Shown: in pieces, positions 1 through 12,459 of the stretch
How positions within the stretch are numbered: position 1 is the first letter of the stretch
Layout of the letters: every line of letters begins with the position of its first letter
The notes under the pieces: generated by a model
Told to the model about the DNA's origin: nothing
The model's database searches: none
Seen by the model: only the letters and a program-made list of their open reading frames with translations
From: Octopus sinensis
Lineage: Eukaryota
Direction of reading: 5' to 3'
Length of the DNA stretch: 64,000 bases
NCBI RefSeq assembly: GCF_006345805.1
Contig: NC_043013.1
Location: 36,332,001-36,396,000, forward strand
Position numbers and translations under genes: made by a program

Positions 1-1070
1 TGAATTATGTATGTATGCATGCATCCATGTATGCATGTATGCATGTATGAATGTGTGTATGTATGTATGCATATTTGTATGTATAAACAGTTGAAACATG
101 CATCAAAAATGATTGCATGTTTAGTTGGCATTGTAAAAGACTTTCTAAAAGTTCTTGAATCTCTAGAATTAATGTTTTAATTGCAATTTGAAATTAACTG
201 ACAAACTGGAGCTTTTAGAATAATTACAGAAATAAACACATCACAATTGTAATGAAAACAATTCTTTTGTACAAAGTGATTAGCAGATAGTTAATTTTAA
301 ATTAATTTCTATTGCAGCTCAATCATGTAAGTTTATATTAAATTTATATTTTTAATGTTGATTTTGGTAGTATAAGTGCTGTTGTAAATTCTTTTGAAAT
401 GTAGATTGAACATACCTGTATTCTTGTAGCTTTGACTAATTCTGTGCATCACCTGTTTCTATGTGAAGGAATATATATAAACAGTAGAATTCTAACACAA
501 TTATCTTTGCTGTTCTGTTAATGAAGACAACACAAATTCATATTTCTATGACAATCTTATTGCCAAGAACATGATCGTGTTCAGAGAAGATTATATCCTA
601 CATTTTTATTTCAATATCTCGCTATGTTTGGCTAAACTGTTAGAGTATCAGACAAAATAATTTTTGCACTATTTGTTATACCTCTTTATGTTCTGAGTTC
701 AAATCATGCCGAGATCAACTTTCCTTTTGTCATTCTGGAGGTTAACAAAATAAAGTATCACTCCAACTGACGAAATTTTTTCAATATTGGAGAAAAATGT
801 TTCGAGTATAATTTGGCATTCTGAGTTTGACTATAAAGACATTGCTGCCAAATTGTGTCAGCCCTTAATCCTTTTGTTACTGTATTTATGTTGAGATGCT
901 CAAAATTTCTTTCAATTGTTTTAATATAACAATGAATTTAGTAAAATAACTTAGTTATCATTAAGCTAGTGTTAATACCATAAATTGTGACTAAGGTTTG
1001 GTGGTAAATTTTAATGGTAAACTAATGAAAACAAGACATTATACTACTGAGCCAGAGCCGGTTTTGGCCG
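1..1070 (+). repeat. Near-identical direct duplicate of 8251-9322, ending at the gap
   Basis: Same sequence from tgaattatgtatg to gttttggccg; the few differences seen (single-base indels, one substitution) lie toward the gap. Confidence 0.95.
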
Positions 1071-1170
1071 NNNNNNNNNNNNNNNNNNNNNNNNNNNNNN
1101 NNNNNNNNNNNNNNNNNNNNNNNNNNNNNNNNNNNNNNNNNNNNNNNNNNNNNNNNNNNNNNNNNNNNNN
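1071..1170. other. Assembly gap (100 N)
   Basis: Run of 100 N. Confidence 0.99.
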
Positions 1171-1378
1171 GTTACGTGCCACCAGCACGGAGGCCAGTCG
1201 ATGCGGTGCTGGTAGAAATAATAGCTGATTGTCTTTGAAATCATAACTCCATAAATTTCAAAGAACTGTCGGCTGTATTAGAATAACTGTTTCTTATTTT
1301 GAAATTCTGAAGGAAAATGCCATTAGTTGTTAACATCAATCCCAGTATTAAGGTGGTGGTAACAAAATTGTCAGCATA

Positions 1379-1750
1379 GGTGTAGGAGTGGCTGTGTGGT
1401 AAGTAGCTTGTTTACCAACCACATGGTTCCGGTTCAGTCCCACTGCCGACCAAAGCCTTGTGAGTGGATTTGGTAGACGGAAACTGAAAGAAGACCGTCG
1501 TATATATGTATATATATATGCGTGTGTTCGTTTGTGTGTCTGTGTTTGTCCCCCTAGCATTACTTGACAACCGATGCTGGTGTGTTTATGTCCCCGTTAT
1601 TTAGCAGTTTGGCAAAAGAGACTGATAGAATAAGTACTGGGCTTACAAAAAGAATAAGTCCCGGGGTCGAGTTGCTCGATTAAAGGCGGTGCTCCAGCAT
1701 GGCCGCAGTCAAATGACTGAAACAAGTAAAAGAGTAAAAGAGAGTAAAGA
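1379..1750 (+). mobile_element. tRNA-derived SINE family A (Octopus OR-type, internal microsatellite), internally deleted
   Basis: Head ggtgtaggagtggctgtgtggtaag with B-box-like ggttcagtccc, internal (TA)/(TG) tract, tail gactgaaacaagtaaaagag; matches many other copies in the window. Confidence 0.85.
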
Positions 1751-1754
1751 GTAT

Positions 1755-1890
1755 ACAGGCTGAAACTCTTAGCAGCAGGTTTTTCTGGCTCATTATGTTC
1801 TAAGTTCAAATTCTGCCAAGGTCAACTTTGCCCTTCATCCTTTCAGGGTCAATAAAATGAGTACCCATTGAGTACTGGGGTTGATGTCAA
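1755..1890 (+). mobile_element. SINE family D (Deu/Nin-domain-like core), degenerate
   Basis: agttcaaattctgccaaggtcaactttgcccttcatcctttcagggtcaataaaatgagtacc core. Confidence 0.75.
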
Positions 1891-1971
1891 GCAATGGTGG
1901 GGGATGGACAAACACACACAATGACGCGGACGCATAAATATACATACATACATACATATATATATCATCAT

Positions 1972-2165
1972 CATCATCATCGTTTAACGTCCGCTTTCCA
2001 TGCTAGCATGGGTTGGACGATTTGACTGAGGACTGGCGAGCCAGAAGGCTGCACCAAGCTCCAATCTTGATCTGGCAGAGTTTCTGCAGCTGGATGCCCT
2101 TCCTAACGCCAACCATTCAGAGAGTTTAGTGAGTGCTTTTACATGCCGCCAGTACGAGGGTCAGA
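1972..2165 (-). mobile_element. SINE family B 3' part (RTE-type tail ending in (GAT)n)
   Basis: atcatcgtttaacgtccgctttccatgctagcatggg...ggatgcccttcctaacgccaacc; reverse complement of the 23913-24078 copy. Confidence 0.8.
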
Positions 2166-2201
2166 AGTATGTATGTATGTATGTATGGCATGTATGTATG
2201 C

Positions 2202-2251
<50 letters not shown>

Positions 2252-2809
2252 AGGGTATAATTATTCATTTTAAAAACCAACAATTATTTACGGGTAGATT
2301 TCGGTATGTAAATATAACCATTATCGGTAGGAACTTTTTTAAAAAAAGTTAGATATATATATATATAATTAAAAAGGGGCAGGCAACAGGTTGCTTAGCT
2401 ACATACCGAAAAATCAGAAATAGCAGTCAAAGACTGTTTATTTCTATTTTCTACAAATATGACTCCACATACAACATATCCATGTAATTCACATATGTAA
2501 AACAGAAGGAAAAAATAATGAAAACAAAGTCTAGGGTTAGTTACGGACGTGTTTCTGGATTAGAATTATAAATCAATTCATTTCCTTCATCAACGCAACA
2601 GTTCACTTAAATAGATTTCGCAAATGCTATACATACCCTCAGCTTCCCGAGCCAGCGTCATCGGAATAGTAGAAGATAGCCAGCATAGGCCAAATCCATA
2701 TAGATGAATGAATTTGTACTTTTCCACCAAAATTTTACCATGTGTGTCACAAGAATAGTTCCTTAGCAATAGAACTATGGATTGTCATAAGGGAGTGACA
2801 TGTAAATAG

Positions 2810-3025
2810 CACCATCCAAACATTGCCAACGCCAATACCCACTGACCGGCTCCCATGCAGTTGGCACATTAAAAAAAACACCATCCAAACATTGCCAACG
2901 CCAGTACCCCCTGATTGGCTCCTGTGCCAGATCAGAGTGGAGCTTGGTGCAGCCACTGGCTGTCCGGGTCTCATTCAAAGCATTCAACCTATGCCAGAAA
3001 GGAAAACAGACTTTAAATGATGATG
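2810..3025 (+). mobile_element. SINE family B fragment with about 70-bp internal tandem duplication
   Basis: caccatccaaacattgccaacgcca occurs twice; tail ...atgccagaaaggaaaacagactttaaatgatgatgatg. Confidence 0.6.
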
Positions 3026-3076
3026 ATGTTGATGCTGGTATATATGGATGTATGCAAATATATATATATATATAAT

Positions 3077-3291
3077 ATGTGACAATCATTTGGTAGCCAT
3101 GATAAAACTCTGAATTTTGGATGTCAGGGCGGAAACCTATGCTGGCATCTCTTCAGTTATCGGACCATTGAAAAAAAGAAAAAATTTTTTTGCTTTTTGA
3201 TGGCCCAATAACTAAAGAGATGCCATTGTGGGTTTCTGATCCAACATCCGAAACTCAGAGTTTTATCATGGCTACCAAATAATTGTCACAT
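3077..3291. mobile_element. Palindromic element (about 97-bp arms) with a degenerate hammerhead-like motif on each strand
   Basis: Arms atgtgacaat...ccattgaaaaa and tttttgatgg...attgtcacat are reverse complements; motifs at 3161->3101 (-) and 3207-3267 (+). Confidence 0.75.
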
Positions 3292-3635
3292 TATATTTAC
3301 AGATAAATTCCTCTATTTACATAATATTGAGGTCTCTTTCATTCCTTTGTTGTCTTGCCATGTCTATCAATATATATATATGTATGTATGTACATATATG
3401 TATATATATATATATATATAAGTATATAAAGTTAATCCAAACATGAAAACACAAAGAGAAAACACAACAACGTGAGGACGTGGAACAAATATAGTATTAT
3501 TGGACGCTCAGGACGGAAGGGAAGAAGGAGGGTTTAATATTTCGAGCGAAGCACTTTGTCAGAAACATAGAAAAGAAAGATCCAGAGAAGGGAAGATGGA
3601 GGAAAAAAAATCGCCAACGGTACATGTATATGTGT

Positions 3636-3673
<38 letters not shown>

Positions 3674-3697
3674 GGTATATATATGTGGTGTGTGTGT

Positions 3698-3729
<32 letters not shown>

Positions 3730-3956
3730 ACTATCTATGAATCCATCTACCTATTTATTTATCTATCCCACTTTCTACCGACCTATCTATCTATCTATCT
3801 ATCTATCAGTCTGCCTGTCTATCCGCTTGTCTATGTATGTATGTATGTATGTATATATATATGTATGTATCTATATTCTGTCTCATCATTCTCCTTTCCT
3901 CTCCCCTTCTTTCTCTAACTCTATCTACATATGAGTGTGAGTGAGAGAAAGAGAGG

Positions 3957-4007
<51 letters not shown>

Positions 4008-4199
4008 ATAAAAGTGCGTGTGTATTTGCATCTTTGTGTATACTGGTGTGTGTTAATCTATGAGTTGTATGTAAATATATAACTGTCTATATTTATGAGT
4101 GTTTGCTGCCAGCTTGGATTAATCTACATTGATAGCTTTTCATTTACATATATTATATAGACACTTCTACATACATACATACATACATACAGACAGACA

Positions 4200-4392
4200 C
4201 ATATACAAATACCCATGTCATATGTATATGTATGTGTGTGGCGTGTACATATATATACATATATATATGTATATATACATATAGGCATGCATGCATACAC
4301 ATACACATATTTTCGTACATATATTACACATATATACAGATACATATACACATATATACATATATATATATATGTATGTATATATATATATC

Positions 4393-4430
<38 letters not shown>

Positions 4431-4511
4431 GTATATTATATATAGATATATATATAATATATATATATTATATATATATATTTCATATATATATTTATTT
4501 ATATCTATATA

Positions 4512-4573
<62 letters not shown>

Positions 4574-5229
4574 AGTATATATATGTATTAGAGTGTATAT
4601 ATATATATATACATCTATATACATATATTCATATACATATACCATATATATACATATATACACATATGCATAGATTACATATACATATATGCATATATAT
4701 TTATATATATATATATATCTATACACACATATATATATATACATATATTTTTCTGTCCTTTTATCCCACAAGTTCCCAATCAAACTACCCACCATTTCAT
4801 AACACACCTCACCATTCTCTACCATTCCATGCTGTTGTGCCTTACCATATGTGGCAGTGCCAGTGATGGTGGTGGTGGTGGTGGTGGTGGTGGTGGTGCC
4901 TGCTATGCTGTAGTTGATGGTAGTGATGATGTTGGTGGTATTGGTGGTATGGGAAGAGAAAGAGGATTGTATTTGCTTTAGAAGATTAATAATGAAAAAC
5001 AGAAAAAAATTCATATATATATGGTTTTGTGATTGTGTGTCTATGTATATATATACATGTGTGTGTGTGTGTGTGTGCTCAAGCTTATTTATATATGTAT
5101 GTGTGTGTATATATATATATATATATACATGCAGACTCACATATATATATACACACACATATATATATATATACACACACATATCATACGTGTATATATA
5201 TGCATACCTCATATGTATATATATATATA

Positions 5230-5275
<46 letters not shown>

Positions 5276-5310
5276 TTTATTATATATATATATATAATAT
5301 ATATATATAC
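4200..5310. repeat. (TA)n-rich compound microsatellite field (similar fields at 6340-6980, 14060-15510, 59330-60140, 62900-63300)
   Basis: Direct. Confidence 0.95.
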
Positions 5311-5434
5311 TATGTGCACTCAGAAAAATATATAGATATATGAAGATAAAAAAGTAGAAAATAAAGAACTATAAAGAAAAGAAAATAGCAAAGCAAAGTA
5401 ACATATAATAATGATGATGACGATGATGATGATG

Positions 5435-5485
<51 letters not shown>

Positions 5486-5646
5486 GTAATGATAAGAAAT
5501 ACTGATAAGAAATAAATGAATAAATAAGGATGAGGAAGAAAGCATAAATGCAAAATCAATCAGAGAAAGCTAAGTTATAGCCGATTGATTGATTAAGAGA
5601 AAATGCTGTGGTTGGCTGAGAGTTCAATAATTTTTCATTAACCTAC

Positions 5647-5722
5647 TTTGTCGAAGATGCCGTCTTTAATGCTTTCCGACAGGGAAGAGAGAAGTGCACC
5701 GGTGCGAAAGAAATGCAACGTG
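5647..5722 (-). CDS. Candidate 76-bp internal coding exon, product unknown (xTLHFFRTGALLSSLSESIKDGIFDK)
   Basis: Long polypyrimidine tract + ctgac + ttttgcag acceptor, AAA|gtaggt donor, two open frames, six CpG in 76 bp in a CpG-poor background. Not recognised as a known protein. Confidence 0.4.
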
Positions 5723-6374
5723 CTGCAAAAGTCAGAGAGAGACAAACAGACAGAGAGAAAGAGAAAGAGAGAAAAGAGAGAGAGAGAGAGGAGAGATAGA
5801 GTATACCATCATCGGTACACTACCATCACCACCACCACCAACCACCACCACCACCAGCAAACCACTTTTGCAAACAGTTTGCTACTATCATCATCATCAT
5901 CATCATCATCATCATTGTGCCATGCTGAGCCACATACATCGAGCCATGCACCCAAAGCCGAGCCAAACCATACTGAAATATGGCAAATCAAACCAGATTT
6001 AAAGTTAACCAGTATAGACTTGTCTAGACTAGGCTAGACAAGATGGTAAAAAGTAGGCCAGTCCAGATTAGAGCAGACCAAGAGGAAACTTTCGGATCAC
6101 CGCAAAGAAAAAAACCAAAAAAATAAGCAAAAACAAAAAAGAAAAAAATGGGAAAAATGTACGAACATTTATTTCTTTTATGCTAGTTATGTTTGTTTGA
6201 TTTATTGCTTTATTGTTAATTTATTAATTCATTTATTTAGCAATGTTTTGCTTCTTTTTATTTTCTTTTTTGCATTTCTTTTTAGTATTGGTTAAAACTA
6301 AGTTTTTCATTTACGATAAACATTTTTAACAACAAAGAAACTATTCTATGTTTATATATACATACATACATACA

Positions 6375-6410
<36 letters not shown>

Positions 6411-6605
6411 TACATATAGAGATATATATATATACATATGTGTATATATATATATGTGTATATATATATGCATATAAAGATCTATATATATATATACACA
6501 TATATTTATATACATACAATATATATACACATATATTTACACATATATATACATATATATTCATATACATATATATTTATAAATATATATCTATATCTAT
6601 CTATC

Positions 6606-6642
<37 letters not shown>

Positions 6643-6790
6643 GCATGACATATATAGGTGTGTGTGATGTCTATAATGTATACTACATACATACATACAT
6701 ACTACATACATATATATACTATAAAGATATATATATATATATACATATGTGTATATATATATATATGTGTATATATATATATACATATAA

Positions 6791-6827
<37 letters not shown>

Positions 6828-7484
6828 CATATATATTTATATACATATAAATATATATATACATATATTTACATATATATATACATATATATATATACAT
6901 GATATATTGGTCTGTGTATGTCTATATGTATACATACATACATACAAACTATATATATATATATATATTATATTATATATATGCAGTGTCATGTGAGTGT
7001 GCTTGCATGTGAACATATATTCATAAGTATGTGTATGCACACATCGAAACATCACAGTTATAATGAAAAATTTTTTTTTTTTTGCGGAACAATTGCAGAG
7101 AGCTCAATAAAAAAAAAAACAACAAAATAATAATAACCATGTTTAGAACAATGATATAATGATATATAAGTATAGTTAAGAATGAATAAACATTTGGCAA
7201 AAAATGACACTATGTAGTAAAGTATATAGTCTTTATCTTTGCTGGGCACGATGGAATCTCTGGCTGTTAGAAGCTCATAAAATTGTGTGAATATGTGATG
7301 CTTTCAGCAACAGAGCTGCAAAGAATGGCATGATGGGTGTGTGTGTGTGTTTGTGTATATACTTATATGTTTGTGTATGTATATATATGTGTGTCTGTAT
7401 GTGTATTTGTGTGTATTTATATATGTGTGTATATATATGTGTGTGTGTGTGTGTGTATGCACACACTTACAGATATGCATATGT

Positions 7485-7675
7485 GGAGGTGTGTGGCTTA
7501 CTGGTTAGGGTGTCAGCATCGTGATAGTAAGATTGTGGTTTTGATTCCTGATTCCTGGACTGAGTAATACATTGTGTTCTTGAGCAAGACACTTCATTTC
7601 ACATTGCTCCAGTCCACTCAGCTGGCAAAAATGAGTGTTCCTGTGACAGACTAGCACCCTTTCCAGGAGGGATTA
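7485..7675 (+). mobile_element. SINE family C (tRNA head + CORE-like domain), degenerate
   Basis: gtggaggtgtgtggcttactggttaggg head; ttcttgagcaagacacttcatttcacattgctccagtccactcagctggc core. Confidence 0.75.
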
Positions 7676-7687
7676 TATATACCACAT

Positions 7688-8030
7688 CATCATCATCATC
7701 ATTTAACGTCCCTTTTCCATGCTGGCATGGGTTGTATGGTTTGACAGGTACTGACCAGCCAAAGCACTGTTTAGGCTCTGAGTCTGTTTTAGCATGGTTT
7801 CTACAGCTAGATACCCCTCCTAATGCCAACCACTTTACAGAGTGTACTGGGTGTTTTCATGCAGCACCAGCATAGGTGCTGTTTATGTGGCACCAGCACC
7901 TATGAGCCCACAAAATTAGGGATGCTCAGCTGGAGAGGGTTGCAGGGATCAACCCTGTATGCACAAGTACCAGTAAGCGATGCACCATTTGAGTGTGTTC
8001 ATTGCCAGTGCCACCTGACTGGCTTTTGTT
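7688..8030 (-). mobile_element. SINE family B copy, degenerate
   Basis: atcatcatttaacgtcccttttccatgctggcatggg tail on the minus strand. Confidence 0.7.
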
Positions 8031-8034
8031 CCAG

Positions 8035-8248
8035 TGGCATCTAAAAAGCACCATTTCAGTGTGGTCAATGCATTTTTATGTGCTGGTACCACATAAAAAG
8101 CAACCAACCCACTCTGTAAAGTGGTTGGAATTAGCAAGGGCATCCAGCTATAAAAACCATTGGCATTTGATGCTTTTTTCTGGCTTACCACAGCCTTGCA
8201 AACCATCAAAACCATGCCAGCATGGAGGACAGACTTTAGATGATGTTG
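8035..8248 (+). mobile_element. SINE family B copy, degenerate
   Basis: cactctgtaaagtggttggaattagcaagggcatccagc...accatgccagcatgg...gatgatg. Confidence 0.7.
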
Positions 8249-9118
8249 TATGAATTATGTATGTATGCATGCATCCATGTATGCATGTATGCATGTATGA
8301 ATGTGTGTATGTATGTATGCATATTTGTATGTATAAACAGTTGAAACATGCATCAAAAATGATTGCATGTTTAGTTGGCATTGTAAAAGACTTTCTAAAA
8401 GTTCTTGAATCTCTAGAATTAATGTTTTAATTGCAATTTGAAATTAACTGACAAACTGGAGCTTTTAGAATAATTACAGAAATAAACACATCACAATTGT
8501 AATGAAAACAATTCTTTTGTACAAAGTGATTAGCAGATAGTTAATTTTAAATTAATTTCTATTGCAGCTCAATCATGTAAGTTTATATTAAATTTATATT
8601 TTTAATGTTGATTTTGGTAGTATAAGTGCTGTTGTAAATTCTTTTGAAATGTAGATTGAACATACCTGTATTCTTGTAGCTTTGACTAATTCTGTGCATC
8701 ACCTGTTTCTATGTGAAGGAATATATATAAACAGTAGAATTCTAACACAATTATCTTTGCTGTTCTGTTAATGAAGACAACACAAATTCATATTTCTATG
8801 ACAATCTTATTGCCAAGAACATGATCGTGTTCAGAGAAGATTATATCCTACATTTTTATTTCAATATCTCGCTATGTTTGGCTAAACTGTTAGAGTATCA
8901 GACAAAATAATTTTTGCACTATTTGTTATACCTCTTTATGTGTCTGAGTTCAAATCATGCCGAGATCAACTTTCCTTTTGTCATTCTGGAGTTAACAAAA
9001 TAAAGTATCACTCCAACTGACGAAATTTTTTCAATATTGGAGAAAAATGTTTCGAGTATAATTTGGCATTCTGAGTTTGACTATAAAGACATTGCTGCCA
9101 AATTGTGTCAGCCCTTAA

Positions 9119-9339
9119 TCCTTTTGTTACTGTATTTATGTTGAGATGCTCAAAATTTCTTTCAATTGTTTTAAATATAACAATGAATTTAGTAAAATAA
9201 CTTAGTTATCATTAAGCTAGTGTTAATAACATAAATTGTGACTAAGGTTTGGTGGTAAATTTTAATGGTAAACTAATGAAAACAAGACATTTATACTACT
9301 GAGCCAGAGCCGGTTTTGGCCGGGTTGGTAACGAAAGGG
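9119..9339. mobile_element. piggyBac-like MITE (partial duplicate at about 869-1070)
   Basis: TTAA at 9115-9118 and 9340-9343; TIR tccttttgttac versus reverse complement ccctttcgttac (10/12). Confidence 0.65.
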
Positions 9340-9650
9340 TTAATACACCATGTGTGTGTGTGTGTGTGTGTGTTGTGCAGCAATGTTTTACAATCTCCTT
9401 GCCTTGATCTTCTGGGATAATTGCAAACAAATATTGCTGTCACATGAGTGGTATCCTTCATTTCTAAACTACCATGTAAACATTTTTTTCTTACAGAGAA
9501 TACAAACTTACTTGGGAAGAAGGTGAGAGTTGGTGACAGGAAGGGCATCCAGCAGTAGAAACAAATTTTGTTTGACCCATGCAAGTTTATATATATATAT
9601 ATAAACACACACGCACATGCACACACACACACACACATGAGTAGACAAAC

Positions 9651-9800
9651 GATTAAAACAGTTTGATTTAAATTCATTGGTATCCTAAGAGTCGAGCATG
9701 ATGCAAATCTTCAGGTATTTCAAATTCAAAATGACTGAAGATTGGCATCACGCTTGAAACTATTGAAGTACCAACGAATTTGAATCAAATTGTTTTGATC
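9651..9800. mobile_element. Palindromic element (about 65-bp arms, 20-bp loop) with hammerhead-like motifs
   Basis: Arms 9651-9714 and 9735-9800 are inverted; the + arm reads CUGAAGA...GAAA-CU-AUUGA-AG-UA-CCA. Confidence 0.7.
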
Positions 9801-9874
9801 CATATATATATACATATACATACATACATATATATATCTATATATATACATATATATAATATATATAATATATT

Positions 9875-9906
<32 letters not shown>

Positions 9907-9919
9907 AATATAAATATAA

Positions 9920-9951
<32 letters not shown>

Positions 9952-10689
9952 GATAGACAAATAGATGACAATTCATATAAACCGACATATATACATACCA
10001 GCTCTAGACACGTCTAATACAATGTTTTCTATTGAGCACTTTTGTATCTGTAATATTAAATTAACAATATATATACACAAGCATATATATATATACATAC
10101 ACATATATACATATATATATATGTATATATATGCATATATATGTATCCACACATACATACATCCTTAGTTTATATACATATATATATATATGTATATATA
10201 TGCATATATATGTATACATGCATACATACATTCTTAGTTTATATGCCTATATAAATAAACACACACATATATATAAACATACATACAGTGCATATAAACA
10301 CATATACTTGTAAACATTTTCTGATTTTATAGCTACCAATCGTAAACAGCAAAAAAACTCAAAACCCCCAGAAATAATAAAACACACACACATACACACA
10401 CATACACACACACATCATGCACATTCTATGAAATATCATGCACTCACACACAAACTCATACATCCACATTCATAACACATGCACATACATGCATAAAACA
10501 AACACTTCCACATGAACTTAGCACGGACATAAACCTAGAAATCCAGACAAAGGGGAAATTCAGTAAACAAATAATTTAATAGAAAGATCCAGAAAGATTT
10601 CTATTTGTTCAAAGGAGCATGAATTCATTGGTTGTAGAATTGTAATATGTTTGTTACATGTAAACAACATATTAAATTTCAATTACATT

Positions 10690-10774
10690 CATTATCAAAT
10701 ATTATTATTATTATTATCATTATTGTTTTCATCATCATCATCATCATCATTATTATCATTATTATCATTATTAA

Positions 10775-10819
<45 letters not shown>

Positions 10820-10836
10820 CATTATTATTATTATTA

Positions 10837-10868
<32 letters not shown>

Positions 10869-10870
10869 GT
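10690..10870. repeat. (ATT)n/(ATC)n microsatellite
   Basis: Direct. Confidence 0.95.
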
Positions 10871-10989
10871 GATATTAGATGGCTGAAAAGCATTGGAATC
10901 TCTGACGTGTAATTTTTTAAAAATTTAATTTAATTTGTTCCAGTTCTTTTCTTTTTTTGGTTTGTTCTCATTTATACATTTTGGTTAGG

Positions 10990-11290
10990 TCAGTTCTATC
11001 CATGTCATGTGACACATAAGACCACAACATGATCTCTCTAACCAGCTCTGTTGTCTGCTACTGTTCTGGTTTCATTCCAGCATCCCCATCATTAGCATCT
11101 TCTTTCCTTTTCAATAGTTCTCCACCATGTGCCGTTCTTCCCCCACCACCATCAGGCTGCCACTTTGGTGCCACCATACAACTGCTATGTCAATCCTGTC
11201 CAATACATTTCCAGCATCTGCATCCTATTTTGTCCTTGACTCTGTTGTTGCCCTAATTGTGTCATATCAGACTCTTTGCAACCACAAGCA
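10990..11290 (-). mobile_element. RTE-clade LINE ORF2 C-terminal relic
   Basis: Minus-strand translation with stops and frameshifts: RCWKCIG...CMVAPKWQPDG...TWWRTIEKERR...WNETRTVADNRAG*RDHVVVLCVT*HG, resembling RTE C-termini (W.W.GH, W.P.G, TWRRTVEKE, LC..WH). Confidence 0.65.
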
Positions 11291-11380
11291 GAATATAATT
11301 TTTTATCTATCAAATTTGAAACCTTCCAGCTATTGTTGTTGTTGTTATTTAACCTTGGTTAATCAAGATCTATGATCAAA

Positions 11381-11533
11381 AGCACAGGAGCGACTGTGAG
11401 GTAAGTAGCTTGCTTACCAACCACATGGTTCCGGGTTCAGCCCCATTGCGTGGCAAGAGTCTTCTACTATAGCCTCGGGCTAACCAAAGCCTTGTGAGTG
11501 GATCTGGTAGACGAAAACTGAAAGAAGCCCGTC

Positions 11534-11535
<2 letters not shown>
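11381..11535 (+). mobile_element. SINE family A 5' half
   Basis: Head to gaagcccgtcg, followed by (TA)n and a second head. Confidence 0.85.
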
Positions 11536-11571
<36 letters not shown>

Positions 11572-11574
<3 letters not shown>

Positions 11575-11985
11575 GCAGGAGTGGCTGTGTGGTAAGTAGC
11601 TTGCTTACCAACCACATGGTTCTGGGTTCAGTCCCACTGCATGGCAACTTGGACAAATGTCTTCTACTATAGCCTAGGGCCGACCAAAGCCTTGAGAGTA
11701 TATTTGGTAGACGGAAACTGAAAGAAGCCCATTGTATATATATATTTGTGTATGTGTGTATGTGTGTGTATATGTTTGTGTGCCTGTGTTTGTCCCACAA
11801 CATCACTTGACACATGATGGTGGTGTGTTTACGGCCCTGTAACTTAGCAGTTCAGCAAAAGAGGCCAGTAGAATAAGTACTAGGCTTACAACGAATAAGT
11901 TCTGGGGTCGATTTGCTCGACTAAAGGTGGTGCTCCAGCATGGCTGCAGTCAAATGACTGAAACAGGTGAAAGAGTAAAAGAATA
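11572..11985 (+). mobile_element. SINE family A, full length
   Basis: Head, internal microsatellite and tail all present. Confidence 0.9.
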
Positions 11986-12132
11986 AGTATTCCCTTCGTG
12001 GCCATACTGAAATTTTGAAGTGTATATTGGACCTTGTTAATTGACGAATCCTTTCTTTGTTCAATATGATGGTGTGTGGCAAGGCGGCAAGATGGCAAAA
12101 ATTGTTGGCATGCTGACTAAAATGCTTTACCC

Positions 12133-12356
12133 TTTTACTCTTTTACTTGTTTCAGTCATGTGACTGTGGCCATGCTGGAGAACCGCCTTTAGTCGAGCAA
12201 ATCGACCCCAGGACTTATTCTTTGTAAGCCTAGTACTTATTCTATCAGTCTCTTTTACCGAACTGCTAAGTTACGGGGACATAAACACACCATCATCAGT
12301 TGTCAAGCGATGTTGGGGAGCAAACACAAACACACAAGCACATACACACAACATAC

Positions 12357-12402
<46 letters not shown>

Positions 12403-12449
12403 TATATATATATACATATATATGATGGGCTTCTTTCAGTTTCCGTCTA
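12133..12449 (-). mobile_element. SINE family A, 5'-truncated, directly following a family D head (12078-12128)
   Basis: ttttactcttttacttgtttcagtc tail through gggcttctttcagtttccgtc. Confidence 0.85.
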
Positions 12450-12459
12450 AAATAACAAC

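Noticed and set aside
2285-2420. Further hammerhead relics (CCGAUAA-UGGU...ACC-GAAA on the minus strand, and a 12-bp inverted repeat)
   Set aside because: Two core changes and no identifiable helix I or III; a similar weak case at 16740-16850 also dropped.
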